Below are positions 54,163-64,000 of a stretch of DNA of 64,000 nucleotides, piece by piece. The translations under genes were made by a program, and so were the position numbers. Under the pieces are notes generated by a model, which did no database searches, was not told where the DNA came from, and worked only from the letters and a program-made list of their open reading frames with translations. The DNA is from Thiocapsa sp. (GTDB lineage Bacteria; Pseudomonadota; Gammaproteobacteria; Chromatiales; Chromatiaceae): NCBI RefSeq assembly GCF_011390875.1, contig NZ_JAABRP010000008.1:347-64346 (forward strand), given 5' to 3'. Every line of letters starts with the position of its first letter. Within the stretch, counting starts at the first letter, position 1.

Positions 54163-55503
54163 CTAAGAGGTCAGAGTTCTCAACAGGTTTTTGTAGTCCT
54201 CTTCGATCGATGCGTCGCTGTCGCGAAGATTCTTGATGGTCCGAGTGGCATGCAGGACGGTCGTGTGATCGCGACCCCCGAACGCCCGTCCGATTTCCGG
54301 GAGACTATGCTTCGTCAGTTCCTTTGCGAGCGCCATCGCAATCTGTCGCGGGCGTGCGATCGAGCGACTTCGTTTCGCCGAAATCATGTCGGAGGTCCTG
54401 AGCTTGAAGTACTCGGCCACCGTCTTCTGAATGTTCTCGATACTGACCTGTTTGTCCTGTGCGGCCAACATGTCCCGAAGTGCGTGTTTCGCCAGTTCCA
54501 TGCTGATGGGCTTGCCGGTGAACTGAGCATTTGCGACGAGTCGGCGCAGCGCCCCTTCAAGCTCTCGGATGTTCGAGCGAATCCGCCGCCCGACGAAAAA
54601 GGCGACATCCTCCGGGAGCTCCACACCCCAAAGGCTGGCCTTGCTGTGCAGGATCGCGACACTTGTTTCGAGGTCGGGCGGCTCGATGGAGACCGTCAGT
54701 CCCCAACCGAACCGCGACTTCAGGCGCTCTTCGAGCCCAACGACTTCCTTCGGAAAACGGTCGCTGGAGAGGACGATCTGCTGGCGCGACTCGAACAGTG
54801 CGTTGAAGGTGTGAAAGAACTCCTCCTGAGAGCGCTCTTTCCCGGCAAAGAACTGAACATCGTCGATCAGCAGGGCATTCACCGAGCGATACGTCTTCTT
54901 GAACTCGTCGATCCGGTTGTGCTGAAGCGCCTTGATCATCTCGGCTACGAAGCGTTCCGAGTGCAGATAGACGACTCGAGCGTTCGGGTTGGTCGCGAGG
55001 ACAATGTTTCCGACGGCATGCATCAGATGTGTTTTGCCGAGGCCCACGCCGCCGTAGATGAAGAGCGGGTTATAAGCGGTACCCGGGTTCTGTCCGATCT
55101 GGATCGATGCCGCCCGCGCGAGCTGGTTCGATTTGCCCTCGACGAAGCTGTCGAACGTGAAATCGGCGTTCAGATTAGCACTCGCCCGTCGGGCGGCAAG
55201 CTCGCCATCTGCATCGACCGGAACGGCGCTGGTGATCTGCGCTGCCGTGCCGCTCGCATTGGAGTCTAACCCCCCGACCTCGAAGCTCAGCCTCCCGATG
55301 GCGCCGTCGCTGTAGGCCCGGCACAGGTCGAGCAGCCGTCCCTCGTAATGCTGGCGTGTCCAGTCCAGGACGAACCGGTTCGGTGCGAACAACCGCAACC
55401 GGCCCTCGTCCACCCGCGCCTGCAATGGCAGGATCCAAGTGTTGAACTCAGCCGAGGTCAACTCTCCTTTTAGTTGTCTGACACACTGTTCCCATACTCC
55501 CAC
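54163..55503 (-). CDS. dnaA: Chromosomal replication initiator protein DnaA
   Basis: GTG start. AAA+ Walker [15 protein letters not shown]-terminal DNA-binding domain ([34 protein letters not shown]). Confidence 0.96.
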   Translation of the reverse strand: MGVWEQCVRQLKGELTSAEFNTWILPLQARVDEGRLRLFAPNRFVLDWTRQHYEGRLLDLCRAYSDGAIGRLSFEVGGLDSNASGTAAQITSAVPVDADGELAARRASANLNADFTFDSFVEGKSNQLARAASIQIGQNPGTAYNPLFIYGGVGLGKTHLMHAVGNIVLATNPNARVVYLHSERFVAEMIKALQHNRIDEFKKTYRSVNALLIDDVQFFAGKERSQEEFFHTFNALFESRQQIVLSSDRFPKEVVGLEERLKSRFGWGLTVSIEPPDLETSVAILHSKASLWGVELPEDVAFFVGRRIRSNIRELEGALRRLVANAQFTGKPISMELAKHALRDMLAAQDKQVSIENIQKTVAEYFKLRTSDMISAKRSRSIARPRQIAMALAKELTKHSLPEIGRAFGGRDHTTVLHATRTIKNLRDSDASIEEDYKNLLRTLTS

Positions 55504-55654
55504 GCTGGACTCCCCGAAAACTGCTTGTTGTGGTCGAGCAAGACCGCCGATCGCTCCGGCGGCCGTCCCGATGGCTGCGGCGATCGGTCGGAAGATTCCC
55601 TCGCGGGGCTCTCGCCGGTCCGATGTGGCAGCAGTCTAGCCTCCCGGACGGGAC

Positions 55655-55663
55655 TTATCCACA
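55655..55663 (+). promoter_or_regulatory. Perfect DnaA box TTATCCACA in the dnaA upstream region
   Basis: Exact 9/9 match to the R-box consensus, about 150 nt upstream of the dnaA start. This fits DnaA autoregulation. Confidence 0.6.
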
Positions 55664-55696
55664 ACCGGCGGCTCCGAGCCCCGAACCCTACCGGCA

Positions 55697-55725
55697 TTGA
55701 CTTTCAGGCGGAAATTGCTTATGTT
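55697..55725 (+). promoter_or_regulatory. Candidate sigma70 promoter of rpmH
   Basis: TTGACT (55697-55702), a 17-nt spacer, then TATGTT (55720-55725). It lies about 65 nt upstream of the rpmH ATG. Confidence 0.5.
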
Positions 55726-55788
55726 TCCGCGCCTTTTAAGGCGGGGCTCAGTCGAGTCCCGGACGACGAGACTTCCGGAGCACCGAGC

Positions 55789-55923
55789 ATGAAACGCACC
55801 TTCCAACCCAGCCGCCTCAAGCGCGCGCGGACCCATGGTTTCCGCGCACGCAGCGCGACCAAGAACGGCCGAAAGGTCCTCAATGCACGCCGCGCCAAGG
55901 GTCGCGTGCGCCTGGCGACCTGA
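55789..55923 (+). CDS. rpmH: 50S ribosomal protein L34
   Basis: [44 protein letters not shown], 44 aa, canonical L34. It is embedded in the longer track ORF 55474..55923. Confidence 0.96.
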   Translation: MKRTFQPSRLKRARTHGFRARSATKNGRKVLNARRAKGRVRLAT

Positions 55924-56318
55924 ACCTCGCAGAGGATCGCACCGAGACGCCCGCGGAGTCCGAGCAGACCTTTCCGCGGACCTGTCGACTTACCCTTTCC
56001 CGACAGTTTCGTGACGTCTTTGCCGAACCACGGCGCTGCAGAGGCGCCGGCTTTCTCGTGTTGTACCGCGAGAACCGCTTGCGGTATCCGCGACTCGGAC
56101 TCGCGATCGCGAAGAAGTGTGCGCGTCGCGCGGTCGACCGAGCCCGTTTGAAACGGATCGTCCGCGAAAGCTTCAGGCTCAATCGCTCGCGTCTCCAAGG
56201 CTGGGATATCGTTGTGCTGTGCGCGTCCGGCGCGCCGACCATGCCCAATCCGCGCTTGTTCGCTACCCTCGCCCGCGCCTGGGATACCATCGAGAAACAA
56301 CCATGCGTCGAATCTTGA
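55920..56318 (+). CDS. rnpA: Ribonuclease P protein component (5' limit uncertain: no canonical start upstream of the conserved N-terminal motif)
   Basis: The frame reads ...[71 protein letters not shown]. The first ATG/GTG/TTG is GTG 56058, after the conserved FP..RL..F..VF block. CTG 55920 overlaps the rpmH stop (CTGA). Confidence 0.75.
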   Translation: MNLAEDRTETPAESEQTFPRTCRLTLSRQFRDVFAEPRRCRGAGFLVLYRENRLRYPRLGLAIAKKCARRAVDRARLKRIVRESFRLNRSRLQGWDIVVLCASGAPTMPNPRLFATLARAWDTIEKQPCVES

Positions 56319-56539
56319 TCGCCCTGATCCGCGCTTATCAGTACGGCATCAGTCCGCTCCTCGGGCCGCATTGCCGGTTCCATCCCTCCTGCTCGCATTA
56401 CGCCGTCGAGGCAATCGAGCGCCATGGACTCCTTCGCGGCGGATACCTGGCGATACGCCGGGTATCGCGCTGTCACCCATGGCACGAAGGCGGCTTCGAT
56501 CCAGTCCCAACCGAAAGGCAGACCTGCTCTCATGGATAA
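56303..56539 (+). CDS. yidD: Membrane protein insertion efficiency factor YidD
   Basis: [42 protein letters not shown]...[13 protein letters not shown], 78 aa. Overlaps the rnpA 3' end. Confidence 0.88.
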   Translation: MRRILIALIRAYQYGISPLLGPHCRFHPSCSHYAVEAIERHGLLRGGYLAIRRVSRCHPWHEGGFDPVPTERQTCSHG

Positions 56540-58214
56540 CCAGCGTTTAATCCTGTTTTTCGCCCTGGCCGCCGTGGTATTCCTCATCTACTCGGCCTGG
56601 ATGGAAGACTACGGGCGCCCGGTTCAGCCGCAGGTTGCGCAGGAGCGCGGTCTGACGGTCGATGCACCCCCCTCCACCTCGGCGGCGCAGGACGTCCCGC
56701 AGGTTGCGACGACCCTTGATGCCATCACCCCGGCCATGTCCGCGGCCGACACGCAGGCGGTCCCCGCCGAGGCCCCGATCCGAATCGAAACGGACGTTTT
56801 TCACATCGAGATCTCTCCGCGCGGCGGGACTATTTCCGCTGCCTGGCTGTTGGATTATGCGACTGTGGCCGAGCGTCCGGACGACCCCTTCCAGCTGCTC
56901 AAGCCGGTTCCGCCCAACATGTTCATCGCCCAGTCCGGTCTGTTGGGTGAGGATCCGGCCCTCCTACCGACGCATGAGGCGATCTTCCAAAGCTCCCAGC
57001 CCCTTTACCGGCTCGGCGAGAACGAGACCACCCTCGATGTCGACCTCGTCTGGGTGAACGACGCCGGCATCGAGGTTCGCAAGCGCTACAGCTTCGAGCG
57101 CGGCAGTTATGTGATCCGGGCCAGTCAGTCGGTCACCAACGCGACGGATGCCCCCCTCGTTGCCCGTCAGTACAACCAGCTTCAGCGCACCGATCTGATC
57201 GATCCGAACGAATCCCGCTTCGTTCACACCTATACAGGTGCCGTGTATTACAGCCCGGAGGACAAGTACAAGAAGGTGTCGTTCGACGACATGCGCAAAG
57301 GCAAGCTCGACCGCAGCGTTGCCGACGGCTGGATCGCGATGATGCAGCACTACTTCCTTGCGGCTTGGATCCCGCCGGCGGGCGCGCTCGAGACCTTCTA
57401 CACGAACGTCCTCGCCGACTCGCGCTACATCATCGGTAAATACTCCCCCGCGGTCAGCATCCCGCCCGGCGCGACCCACGTCTTCGAGAACGAGTTCTTC
57501 GTCGGTCCGAAGCTTCAAGACAAACTTGCAAGCGTGGCCCCGGGGCTGGAGCTGGCAGTCGACTACGGCTGGTTGACCGTGATTGCGCAACCCATCTTCT
57601 GGGTGCTCAGTAAGATCTACTGGGTTGTCGGAAACTGGGGTTGGTCGATCATCTTTTTGACTATTCTGATCAAGCTGGCCTTCTACAAGCTCTCAGAGAC
57701 CAGCTACAAGTCGATGGCCAACATGCGTCAGCTGGCACCTCGACTGCAGGCATTGAAGGATCGCTACGGCGACGACAAGCAGCGCTTGAATCAGGCGATG
57801 ATGGAGATGTACAAGACCGAGAAGATCAACCCGCTCGGCGGCTGTTTGCCGATTCTGATCCAGATCCCGGTCTTCATCTCGCTCTATTGGGTGCTGCTGG
57901 AAAGCGTCGAGCTGCGTTACGCACCCTTCATGCTCTGGCTCGACAACCTCTCTGCGCCCGACCCCTACTTCATCCTGCCGCTGATCATGGGTGTCTCCAT
58001 GTTCGTGCAGATGAAGCTCAATCCGCCGCCGCCGGATCCGATGCAGGCGAAGATCATGATGGCCTTGCCGTTCGTCTTCACGGTCTTCTTCGCCTTCTTC
58101 CCGTCGGGCCTGGTCCTCTACTGGACGGTCAATAACCTGCTGTCCATCGCACAGCAATGGCACATCACGCGGACGATCGAAAAACAGGCTGCCTCGGCCA
58201 AACACAAGCGCTAG
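56532..58214 (+). CDS. yidC: Membrane protein insertase YidC
   Basis: Start ATG 56532 ([23 protein letters not shown]) overlaps the yidD stop by 8 nt (ATGGATAA). Large periplasmic P1 domain and the conserved C-terminal 5-TM core ([21 protein letters not shown]). Confidence 0.94.
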   Translation: MDNQRLILFFALAAVVFLIYSAWMEDYGRPVQPQVAQERGLTVDAPPSTSAAQDVPQVATTLDAITPAMSAADTQAVPAEAPIRIETDVFHIEISPRGGTISAAWLLDYATVAERPDDPFQLLKPVPPNMFIAQSGLLGEDPALLPTHEAIFQSSQPLYRLGENETTLDVDLVWVNDAGIEVRKRYSFERGSYVIRASQSVTNATDAPLVARQYNQLQRTDLIDPNESRFVHTYTGAVYYSPEDKYKKVSFDDMRKGKLDRSVADGWIAMMQHYFLAAWIPPAGALETFYTNVLADSRYIIGKYSPAVSIPPGATHVFENEFFVGPKLQDKLASVAPGLELAVDYGWLTVIAQPIFWVLSKIYWVVGNWGWSIIFLTILIKLAFYKLSETSYKSMANMRQLAPRLQALKDRYGDDKQRLNQAMMEMYKTEKINPLGGCLPILIQIPVFISLYWVLLESVELRYAPFMLWLDNLSAPDPYFILPLIMGVSMFVQMKLNPPPPDPMQAKIMMALPFVFTVFFAFFPSGLVLYWTVNNLLSIAQQWHITRTIEKQAASAKHKR

Positions 58215-58234
58215 GCCGAGGTGCCGAGGTCGTC

Positions 58235-59572
58235 ATGGCCACGGAGACCATCGCTGCGGTAGCGACCCCGCCCGGATTGGGCGGGGTCGGGATCGTGCGG
58301 GTCAGCGGCGCAGGCGTTCCCTCCATTGCCGAGGCCGTGCTCGGGAAGTTGCCCAGCCCCCGGCAGGCCATCTTCACGACCTTCCGCGATGCTCGCGGAC
58401 ACTTCATCGACCAAGGCATCGCCCTTTATTTCCCGGCGCCGGCGTCCTTTACAGGCGAGGATGTCCTCGAGCTTCAGGGACATGGTGGTCCGGTCGTCAT
58501 GGACCTCCTTCTGCAACGCTGTCTGCACCTCGGTGCACGGCTCGCTCGCCCCGGCGAGTTCTCGGAGCGCGCCTTCCTCAACGGCAAGCTCGACCTTGCG
58601 CAAGCCGAGGCCGTCGCCGATCTCATCGAGAGCTCCACCGCGCTCGCGGCTCGACTCGCCGGGCGCAGCCTACAAGGCGTCTTTTCGCGACGGATCGACG
58701 ACCTCATCGAGCGTCTCGTCCGGATGCGAACCTACATCGAAGCGACTCTTGATTTTCCCGACGATGAACTGGACCTCGCCACGGATTTCGGGATTTCCGA
58801 GGCTCTTCGGGCGATGATCGACCAGACCCGCGAGGTCATGGGCTCCGCGCGCCAAGGTCAGGTCATTCGCGAGGGTCTCGCGGTCGTGATCGCGGGTCCG
58901 CCGAATGCAGGAAAATCAAGTTTGCTCAATGCGTTGTCTGGCCAGGATGCGGCGATTGTCACACCGATACCGGGTACCACGCGCGACCTCCTGAAGCTCG
59001 ACATCCAAGTCGACGGGATCCCGATCCGTATCGTGGATACCGCGGGTCTGCGCCACAGCGAGGATCCGATCGAGCGCGAGGGGGTGAGACGCGCGCGCGC
59101 AGAGCTCGACCAAGCCGACCTCGTCCTCTGGGTCCATGACGCGGCCGAAGGCAGCGATACACCAGCACGCGAGAGCCTACCGGAACAGGTACCGATCACC
59201 CGAGTCCGCAACAAGATCGACCTGCAAGGAATCCCCCCCGGCATCATCCAGCTCGAGACCGGTCCGCGGATCAGCCTTTCCGTTAAAACCGGTGCCGGCC
59301 TCGACCTTCTGCGGTCCCATCTCAAGGACCGGGCGGGTCTCGGCGTCTCCACCGAAGGTGCCTTCGTTGCGCGCCGTCGTCACCTCGATGCCTTGCGCCT
59401 CGGGCTCGACCATCTGGAATCCGCACAGCGCGCACTTGTACGAGGAGTCGGCGCCGAGTTGGTGGCAGATGATCTCCTGCAGGCCCAGTACGCATTCGGC
59501 GAGATTACCGGACGTGTCACATCCGAGGATCTACTGGGACGGATCTTCTCCACCTTTTGTATCGGAAAGTAG
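58235..59572 (+). CDS. mnmE: tRNA modification GTPase MnmE
   Basis: Start ATG 58235 (MATETIAAVATPPGLGGVGIVRVSG). G-domain GPPNAGKSSLLNAL and DTAGLR. C-terminal FCIGK. Confidence 0.94.
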   Translation: MATETIAAVATPPGLGGVGIVRVSGAGVPSIAEAVLGKLPSPRQAIFTTFRDARGHFIDQGIALYFPAPASFTGEDVLELQGHGGPVVMDLLLQRCLHLGARLARPGEFSERAFLNGKLDLAQAEAVADLIESSTALAARLAGRSLQGVFSRRIDDLIERLVRMRTYIEATLDFPDDELDLATDFGISEALRAMIDQTREVMGSARQGQVIREGLAVVIAGPPNAGKSSLLNALSGQDAAIVTPIPGTTRDLLKLDIQVDGIPIRIVDTAGLRHSEDPIEREGVRRARAELDQADLVLWVHDAAEGSDTPARESLPEQVPITRVRNKIDLQGIPPGIIQLETGPRISLSVKTGAGLDLLRSHLKDRAGLGVSTEGAFVARRRHLDALRLGLDHLESAQRALVRGVGAELVADDLLQAQYAFGEITGRVTSEDLLGRIFSTFCIGK

Positions 59573-59624
59573 GCGTGACGGCGCGTAAGCGACCTGCGTC
59601 TCTCGCCGGGACTGCAGCGCGGCT

Positions 59625-61640
59625 CTATCGGGGCCGCCGGAGCAAATCGGGCATTTGTCGAGCCGGTCGAGGCCGAAAGTGGCTCAGCAGATCGGCGAGC
59701 GCCACCAGCGCGTCGCCCGAATCGTCGGGTCCGTATCGAGCCGGGACATACAGCTCCATGAAACGCTCGACCGTCGGCGCGAGATCCGGACGCTGGGCAA
59801 CGACGCGGCCGGCGTAGTCCATGGGTCCCTCGTTCGGAAGACGATCGAGCCCGATCTTTGCGAGACGGCCGCAAAAGCGGGCGTATTCCGCTTGAAGGGG
59901 GTCGAGTGGTTTGCGCTCGCGGATCGAGGCGACGACCAAGATCCCGAGGGTCAGACCGAGCGCGGCGAGCATCAGTGCGACCAGCCCGTACTCGCGCAGC
60001 TCGCCGAGCCGAAGCCGCTCCAGCAAGGCGAGTTGATCCTCGACCGAGAAACCCAGGACCCAATCCTGCCAGGCGGCATCCAGGCTGTCGGCGAAAAGTC
60101 GCATGTTGCGCACGAACCGGGCGATCGCATCGGCTTGCTCAAGGGTGAAGCGCACCGATGGCCCTGCGCCGAGCATGCGCGAAGCCCCACTGTTGTCGAC
60201 CCGGGAGGGATCGACGGCGGCGGTCGGATCGACCCGCACCCAACCCCGTCCGTCGATCAATACTTCCACCCAGGCATGGGCGTCGGACTGCCAGATCATG
60301 TGATAACCGCCGACGCGATTGAGCTCGCCCCCGAGATAACCGAGGACGATTCGCGAGGGGATGCCGGCCATGCGCATCAAGACGGCGAAGCTGCCGGCGT
60401 AGTGCTCGCAGAAGCCGCGCCGGGTCTCGAAGAGAAACTCGTCGGTCGGGTTTGCGCCGAGCCGCGGCGGCATCAGGGTGTAATGGAAGGACTCGCGATT
60501 GAAGAATTGCAGGCCCGCTTGGACCAGCGCCCAGTCGTCGTTCGATCGACCCTGCCAATCCTCGACCAGCCGGCGCATCCGCGGCGTCACGTTGTCCGGG
60601 ACCTGCAGTCCGGCGGCAAGTCGCGCCGGATCCGGGGCGGCGGTGCGATAGTCGAGCGCCGAGGTCACCTGATAGCGCTTGACTGCGCTGACAACCTGGC
60701 GTGCGATCAATTGGTGATCCGGACTCAAAAAGGCCCCGTCCGGGACGCTGGCCGGCATGTCCAGCGCGAAGAGCCAGCGTTGATCGGTCGCCTCCAAGGT
60801 CACCTCGTAGTCGATCGGGCGAGCCGTCTCCAACAGAGCACCGGCCGGCCCGCTGTTCGTGATGCCCTCCCCCGCCGACCACCGCCGCCCGTCGGTCTGC
60901 CAGAGGACGGGTCCTCGCCAATAGAGTCGATCGGCTGCGGGCGGTGTGCCCTCGAAGCGAGCGCGAAACGCCAGCTCGCCGTTGAGGACCAGCTCGCTGA
61001 TCGCGCCAGGTTCCAGGCTGTCCGAGATCCCGGTGGTAGCCTTGTTTGGATCCACGCCCAGATTCCACAGCGGGGCACTGAGACGCGGAAACAGCAGGAA
61101 GAGGATGAGTGTCAGCGGAAGGGCTTGGAGCGAGAGCCTCACGGCGACCGTGATGGCGCCGCGCCGACGAGCCTCTCCGAGCCCGCCGTTCAGATCCACC
61201 AGCAGGGCGATGCCCCCCAGCACCACGGCACCCAGATAGAGCACCAACCAGGGTGACTGGTCGAACAGGAACTCGACGACCACCAGAAACCCGATCAGGG
61301 TCGCGACCAGGCGGATGTCCGACTTACGCCGCAGCTCCATCAGCTTGAGTACCAGCATGGAGACGAAGAGCGCCGTTCCTGCGTTCTGCCCCGACCACCC
61401 CTGGTAGGTCACCGCCGCGTTGGCGACGCCGATCAGGGTCAAGGCCGCCAATGGCCAGGTGCCCGGCAAGACCGCGGACCAGCGCAGGGACGCAAGACGG
61501 ATCGCGAAGAGCAGCCCGACAAAGGCGCTGATCTGAAGCGCGAGATGGCCCGCGAGCGGGAGATAGGCCGCGATCAGGACCAGCGTGACCCAGAGGATCT
61601 GGGTCCGCTCAGGCCGCTCGTTGGAGGGGATCGTTCGCAT
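59625..61640 (-). CDS. Transglutaminase TgpA-family membrane protein (DUF3488 + transglutaminase core)
   Basis: Several N-terminal TM segments. Cys-His-Asp core: GFCEHYAGSFAVLMR ... DAHAWVEVLIDGRGWVRVDPT. Overlaps the upstream DUF58 gene by 32 nt. Confidence 0.82.
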   Translation of the reverse strand: MRTIPSNERPERTQILWVTLVLIAAYLPLAGHLALQISAFVGLLFAIRLASLRWSAVLPGTWPLAALTLIGVANAAVTYQGWSGQNAGTALFVSMLVLKLMELRRKSDIRLVATLIGFLVVVEFLFDQSPWLVLYLGAVVLGGIALLVDLNGGLGEARRRGAITVAVRLSLQALPLTLILFLLFPRLSAPLWNLGVDPNKATTGISDSLEPGAISELVLNGELAFRARFEGTPPAADRLYWRGPVLWQTDGRRWSAGEGITNSGPAGALLETARPIDYEVTLEATDQRWLFALDMPASVPDGAFLSPDHQLIARQVVSAVKRYQVTSALDYRTAAPDPARLAAGLQVPDNVTPRMRRLVEDWQGRSNDDWALVQAGLQFFNRESFHYTLMPPRLGANPTDEFLFETRRGFCEHYAGSFAVLMRMAGIPSRIVLGYLGGELNRVGGYHMIWQSDAHAWVEVLIDGRGWVRVDPTAAVDPSRVDNSGASRMLGAGPSVRFTLEQADAIARFVRNMRLFADSLDAAWQDWVLGFSVEDQLALLERLRLGELREYGLVALMLAALGLTLGILVVASIRERKPLDPLQAEYARFCGRLAKIGLDRLPNEGPMDYAGRVVAQRPDLAPTVERFMELYVPARYGPDDSGDALVALADLLSHFRPRPARQMPDLLRRPR

Positions 61641-62598
61641 GATCGTACAGCGCCAGATGTGTCAGGCAGCGTTGGAGATGGCCGGCACCTCGCCCCGGTG
61701 CCTCCTCGAGACCGGGCAGTCGCAGCCCGAACCGGACTTGGGCCTCGGCCGCGTCGAGGACCTGGCGCGTCAACACGCTGATCCTGATTTCCGGGTCCGC
61801 CGCGGTCAAGCCGGCCCAATCGATCCAGACCTCTTGACCTTCGTCCCCTCCGAATTGCTTCACGACCAGCCCGCGCTCGCGCGCGTACGCCTTCCAATCG
61901 ATCTGTCTCGGTGAATCGCCGTCGCGATAGCCGCGCGGACCCAGATAATCCTCCATCCCCTCAGAACCTTGACGGCGGCGCGGCTCGGTGTCGCCCGCCG
62001 CGGATCCGGGTTCTGGCGCGACCTGTGCCGGCTTGGGATAAACCAAGGTCGTCGCGTCGGTCTTCACATAACACCAGGCGCGAAAGAGGTGCAGCGGATA
62101 GCGCGTCTCGACCGTCACCTCGTCGAGCGCCGCGAGACCGCGTCGCAGTGTCGTTTGTGCGATGCGGATCGTGCCGCTGTCCCTGCCCGGTATCGCGATA
62201 GACTGATGCCGCGTCTCCCCGGCCGGAATCCCGATGTCGTAGCGCGCCCGCTTCCCCTCGGTGCCGACAACGACCTCGAAGCTCGTATCGTCCCCGACGA
62301 AGACCGGCTGCCCGCCGCGGGCCTGAACCGAAAGCCCGAGCAGATTGAACCAGGTGTGATGCATGGCCACGAGCGCGACGGAGGCGAGAAAAAAGGTAAA
62401 GAGCAGCCCCAGATTGTTCTGATAATTGAGCGAGCCGAGCAGCATGACGAAGAGCACCGCAGCGAAACGCAGCCCGTTCCCCGTCGGCAGGATATAAATC
62501 TGACGACTCCCGACCCGCGCAACCCCGTCGCCCCCACGCGCCACCCGTCGAAACAGATTACTGAACCGTCTGGCCCTAAAGCGCGTCCAGTTGAACAT
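61609..62598 (-). CDS. DUF58 domain-containing protein
   Basis: Two N-terminal TM helices and the DUF58 signature region YRDGDSPRQIDWKAYARERGLVVKQF. Sits between a MoxR ATPase and a transglutaminase. Confidence 0.78.
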   Translation of the reverse strand: MFNWTRFRARRFSNLFRRVARGGDGVARVGSRQIYILPTGNGLRFAAVLFVMLLGSLNYQNNLGLLFTFFLASVALVAMHHTWFNLLGLSVQARGGQPVFVGDDTSFEVVVGTEGKRARYDIGIPAGETRHQSIAIPGRDSGTIRIAQTTLRRGLAALDEVTVETRYPLHLFRAWCYVKTDATTLVYPKPAQVAPEPGSAAGDTEPRRRQGSEGMEDYLGPRGYRDGDSPRQIDWKAYARERGLVVKQFGGDEGQEVWIDWAGLTAADPEIRISVLTRQVLDAAEAQVRFGLRLPGLEEAPGRGAGHLQRCLTHLALYDHANDPLQRAA

Positions 62599-62709
62599 GC
62601 TTCCCCCCTCGCCGAAAAAATCCTCGCTTAAGCGACGTCAACGCCGACCGAGTCGGGTCGCTCCAGCGTCGCGTCTGCTCGCGATGTCGCGGGTACTGCC
62701 GGACGCCGC

Positions 62710-63663
62710 TTAAGCGAGCGCGACATGATCCAGGATCGCACTCACCACCGCCTCCTCGTCGAGCCGCCCACCGTATTCCGACGCGGCCAGGCGATGCACG
62801 ACGCAGGAAGGCAGGACGGCTTGGATATCCTCCGGTATCACGTAGTCACGGTCGGACAGGAGCGCCCAAGCCTTCGCCGCGCGCAGCAACCCGAGCCCCG
62901 CGCGCGGCGAGAGCCCGTGCAGAAACCGCTCGCTGCTGCGCGTGACCGCAAGGATGGCATGGACATACTCGATAATGGCTGGCGCGGCATGGACTTCGAC
63001 GACCTGCTGCTGCAACGCCATCAATTGCGCGCCGGTCAGGGCGGGCTGCTGGCGTGCGACCATGGTGCGTCGATCCTCGCCCGCCAAGAGGGCCTTCTCC
63101 TGCTCGGCTGCGGGATAGCCGAGCCGGATCCGCATCAGGAACCGATCCAACTGGGATTCGGGAAGCGGAAAGGTGCCGACCTGAAACAGCGGGTTTTGGG
63201 TCGCGATCACGAAGAAGGGTTCGGGCAAGGGTCGGGTTTCACCCTCGACCGTGACCTGGCGCTCCTCCATTGCCTCCAGGAGCGCGCTCTGCGCCTTGGG
63301 CGTGGCGCGGTTGATCTCGTCGGCAAGCACCAGTTGGGAGAAGACGGGCCCGGGATGGAAGCGAAAGGACTCGGCAGCCCGGTCGTAGACCGACACCCCG
63401 ATCACGTCTGCGGGCAGCAGATCGCTCGTGAACTGGATGCGGGCGTACTCTAGCCCGAGCAGGCGTGCGAGCAGGTGCGCGAGGGTGGTCTTGCCGACTC
63501 CCGGAACGTCCTCGATCAGGAGATGGCCGCGCGCCATCAAACAGGCCAAGGCAAGTCGAAGCTCGCGGTCCTTGCCGAGAATCACGGCCCGCGCGGCCTC
63601 GAGCACGCGCTCCCCGAGACTGGCCGAGTCGCTCGGGAGGTGCCGGGTCAGATGCATCGCCAT
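62710..63663 (-). CDS. MoxR-family AAA+ ATPase
   Basis: Walker A GVPGVGKTTLAHLLA and Walker B VLADEINRATPKAQSALLEAM. 317 aa, typical MoxR size. Confidence 0.9.
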   Translation of the reverse strand: MAMHLTRHLPSDSASLGERVLEAARAVILGKDRELRLALACLMARGHLLIEDVPGVGKTTLAHLLARLLGLEYARIQFTSDLLPADVIGVSVYDRAAESFRFHPGPVFSQLVLADEINRATPKAQSALLEAMEERQVTVEGETRPLPEPFFVIATQNPLFQVGTFPLPESQLDRFLMRIRLGYPAAEQEKALLAGEDRRTMVARQQPALTGAQLMALQQQVVEVHAAPAIIEYVHAILAVTRSSERFLHGLSPRAGLGLLRAAKAWALLSDRDYVIPEDIQAVLPSCVVHRLAASEYGGRLDEEAVVSAILDHVALA

Positions 63664-63725
63664 AGCGGTATCCGTGCGCGCATCTGGGTTAAACTGCGTG
63701 GTCTCATAGACTTGGGTTTCCCTTC

Positions 63726-64000
63726 ATGATGGTCGGCGATCCTTACGACGTGGTAGTGGTGGGCGGTGGTCACGCGGGCACCGAAGCGGCGCTTGCGGCG
63801 GCCCGCTGCGGTCTGCGCACCCTCCTTCTCACCCAGAATATCGAAACCGTCGGCCAGATGAGCTGCAACCCGGCCATCGGGGGCATCGGCAAGGGCCATC
63901 TGGTCAAGGAGATCGATGCGCTCGGCGGTCTCATGGCACGCGCGGCGGATCGCGGCGGTATTCAGTTTCGCATCCTCAATGCCAGCAAGGGACCGGCGGT
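63726..64000 (+). CDS. mnmG: tRNA uridine 5-carboxymethylaminomethyl modification enzyme MnmG (GidA), 5' part (runs off the window)
   Basis: My translation from ATG 63726: [68 protein letters not shown]. Not in the ORF track because no stop falls inside the window. Confidence 0.9.
   Translation, partial: MMVGDPYDVVVVGGGHAGTEAALAAARCGLRTLLLTQNIETVGQMSCNPAIGGIGKGHLVKEIDALGGLMARAADRGGIQFRILNASKGPA

Noticed and set aside
59655-61256. 533-aa plus-strand ORF opposite the transglutaminase gene
   Set aside because: It is antisense to a gene with an intact TM array and Cys-His-Asp core, and has no motifs of its own.

Overview
Visibly GC-rich gammaproteobacterial chromosome segment, almost fully coding, with gene order close to the Pseudomonas origin-proximal regions. 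Left to right: pilM(partial)-pilNOPQ, aroK-aroB, a 438-bp gap with a good sigma54 -24/-12 match, gltBD, and two tandem PilU-type ATPases. A roughly 18-kb minus-strand block follows (envC, ctpA, DJ-1, a WbpL-like and a WbpM-like sugar gene). It runs by overlapping stop/start codons into a complete Xps-type type II secretion operon, gspE-F-G-H-I-J-K-L-M-(N/C)-D. Next come a two-cysteine ArsR (SqrR/BigR-like) regulator with a membrane rhodanese, secB-gpsA, trmL, two orphan ORFs, and glnA / DUF4124 / ntrB / ntrC. The window ends with a CDF transporter, glyQS-gmhB-plsC, gyrB-recF-dnaN-dnaA, rpmH-rnpA-yidD-yidC-mnmE, a MoxR-DUF58-transglutaminase operon and the 5' end of mnmG. I found no rRNA, tRNA, CRISPR array, IS or prophage signature. 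I see no clearly new multi-gene system. The points most worth follow-up are: the sugar-gene/T2SS coupling; the SqrR-like regulator with an AT-rich palindrome; rnpA lacking a canonical start codon; an AT-rich DnaA-box cluster between dnaA and dnaN while the rpmH-dnaA spacer looks unlike an origin; the PilU duplication; and candidate sigma54/NtrC sites at gltB and glnA. Many long antisense ORFs in the track are GC artefacts and were rejected.
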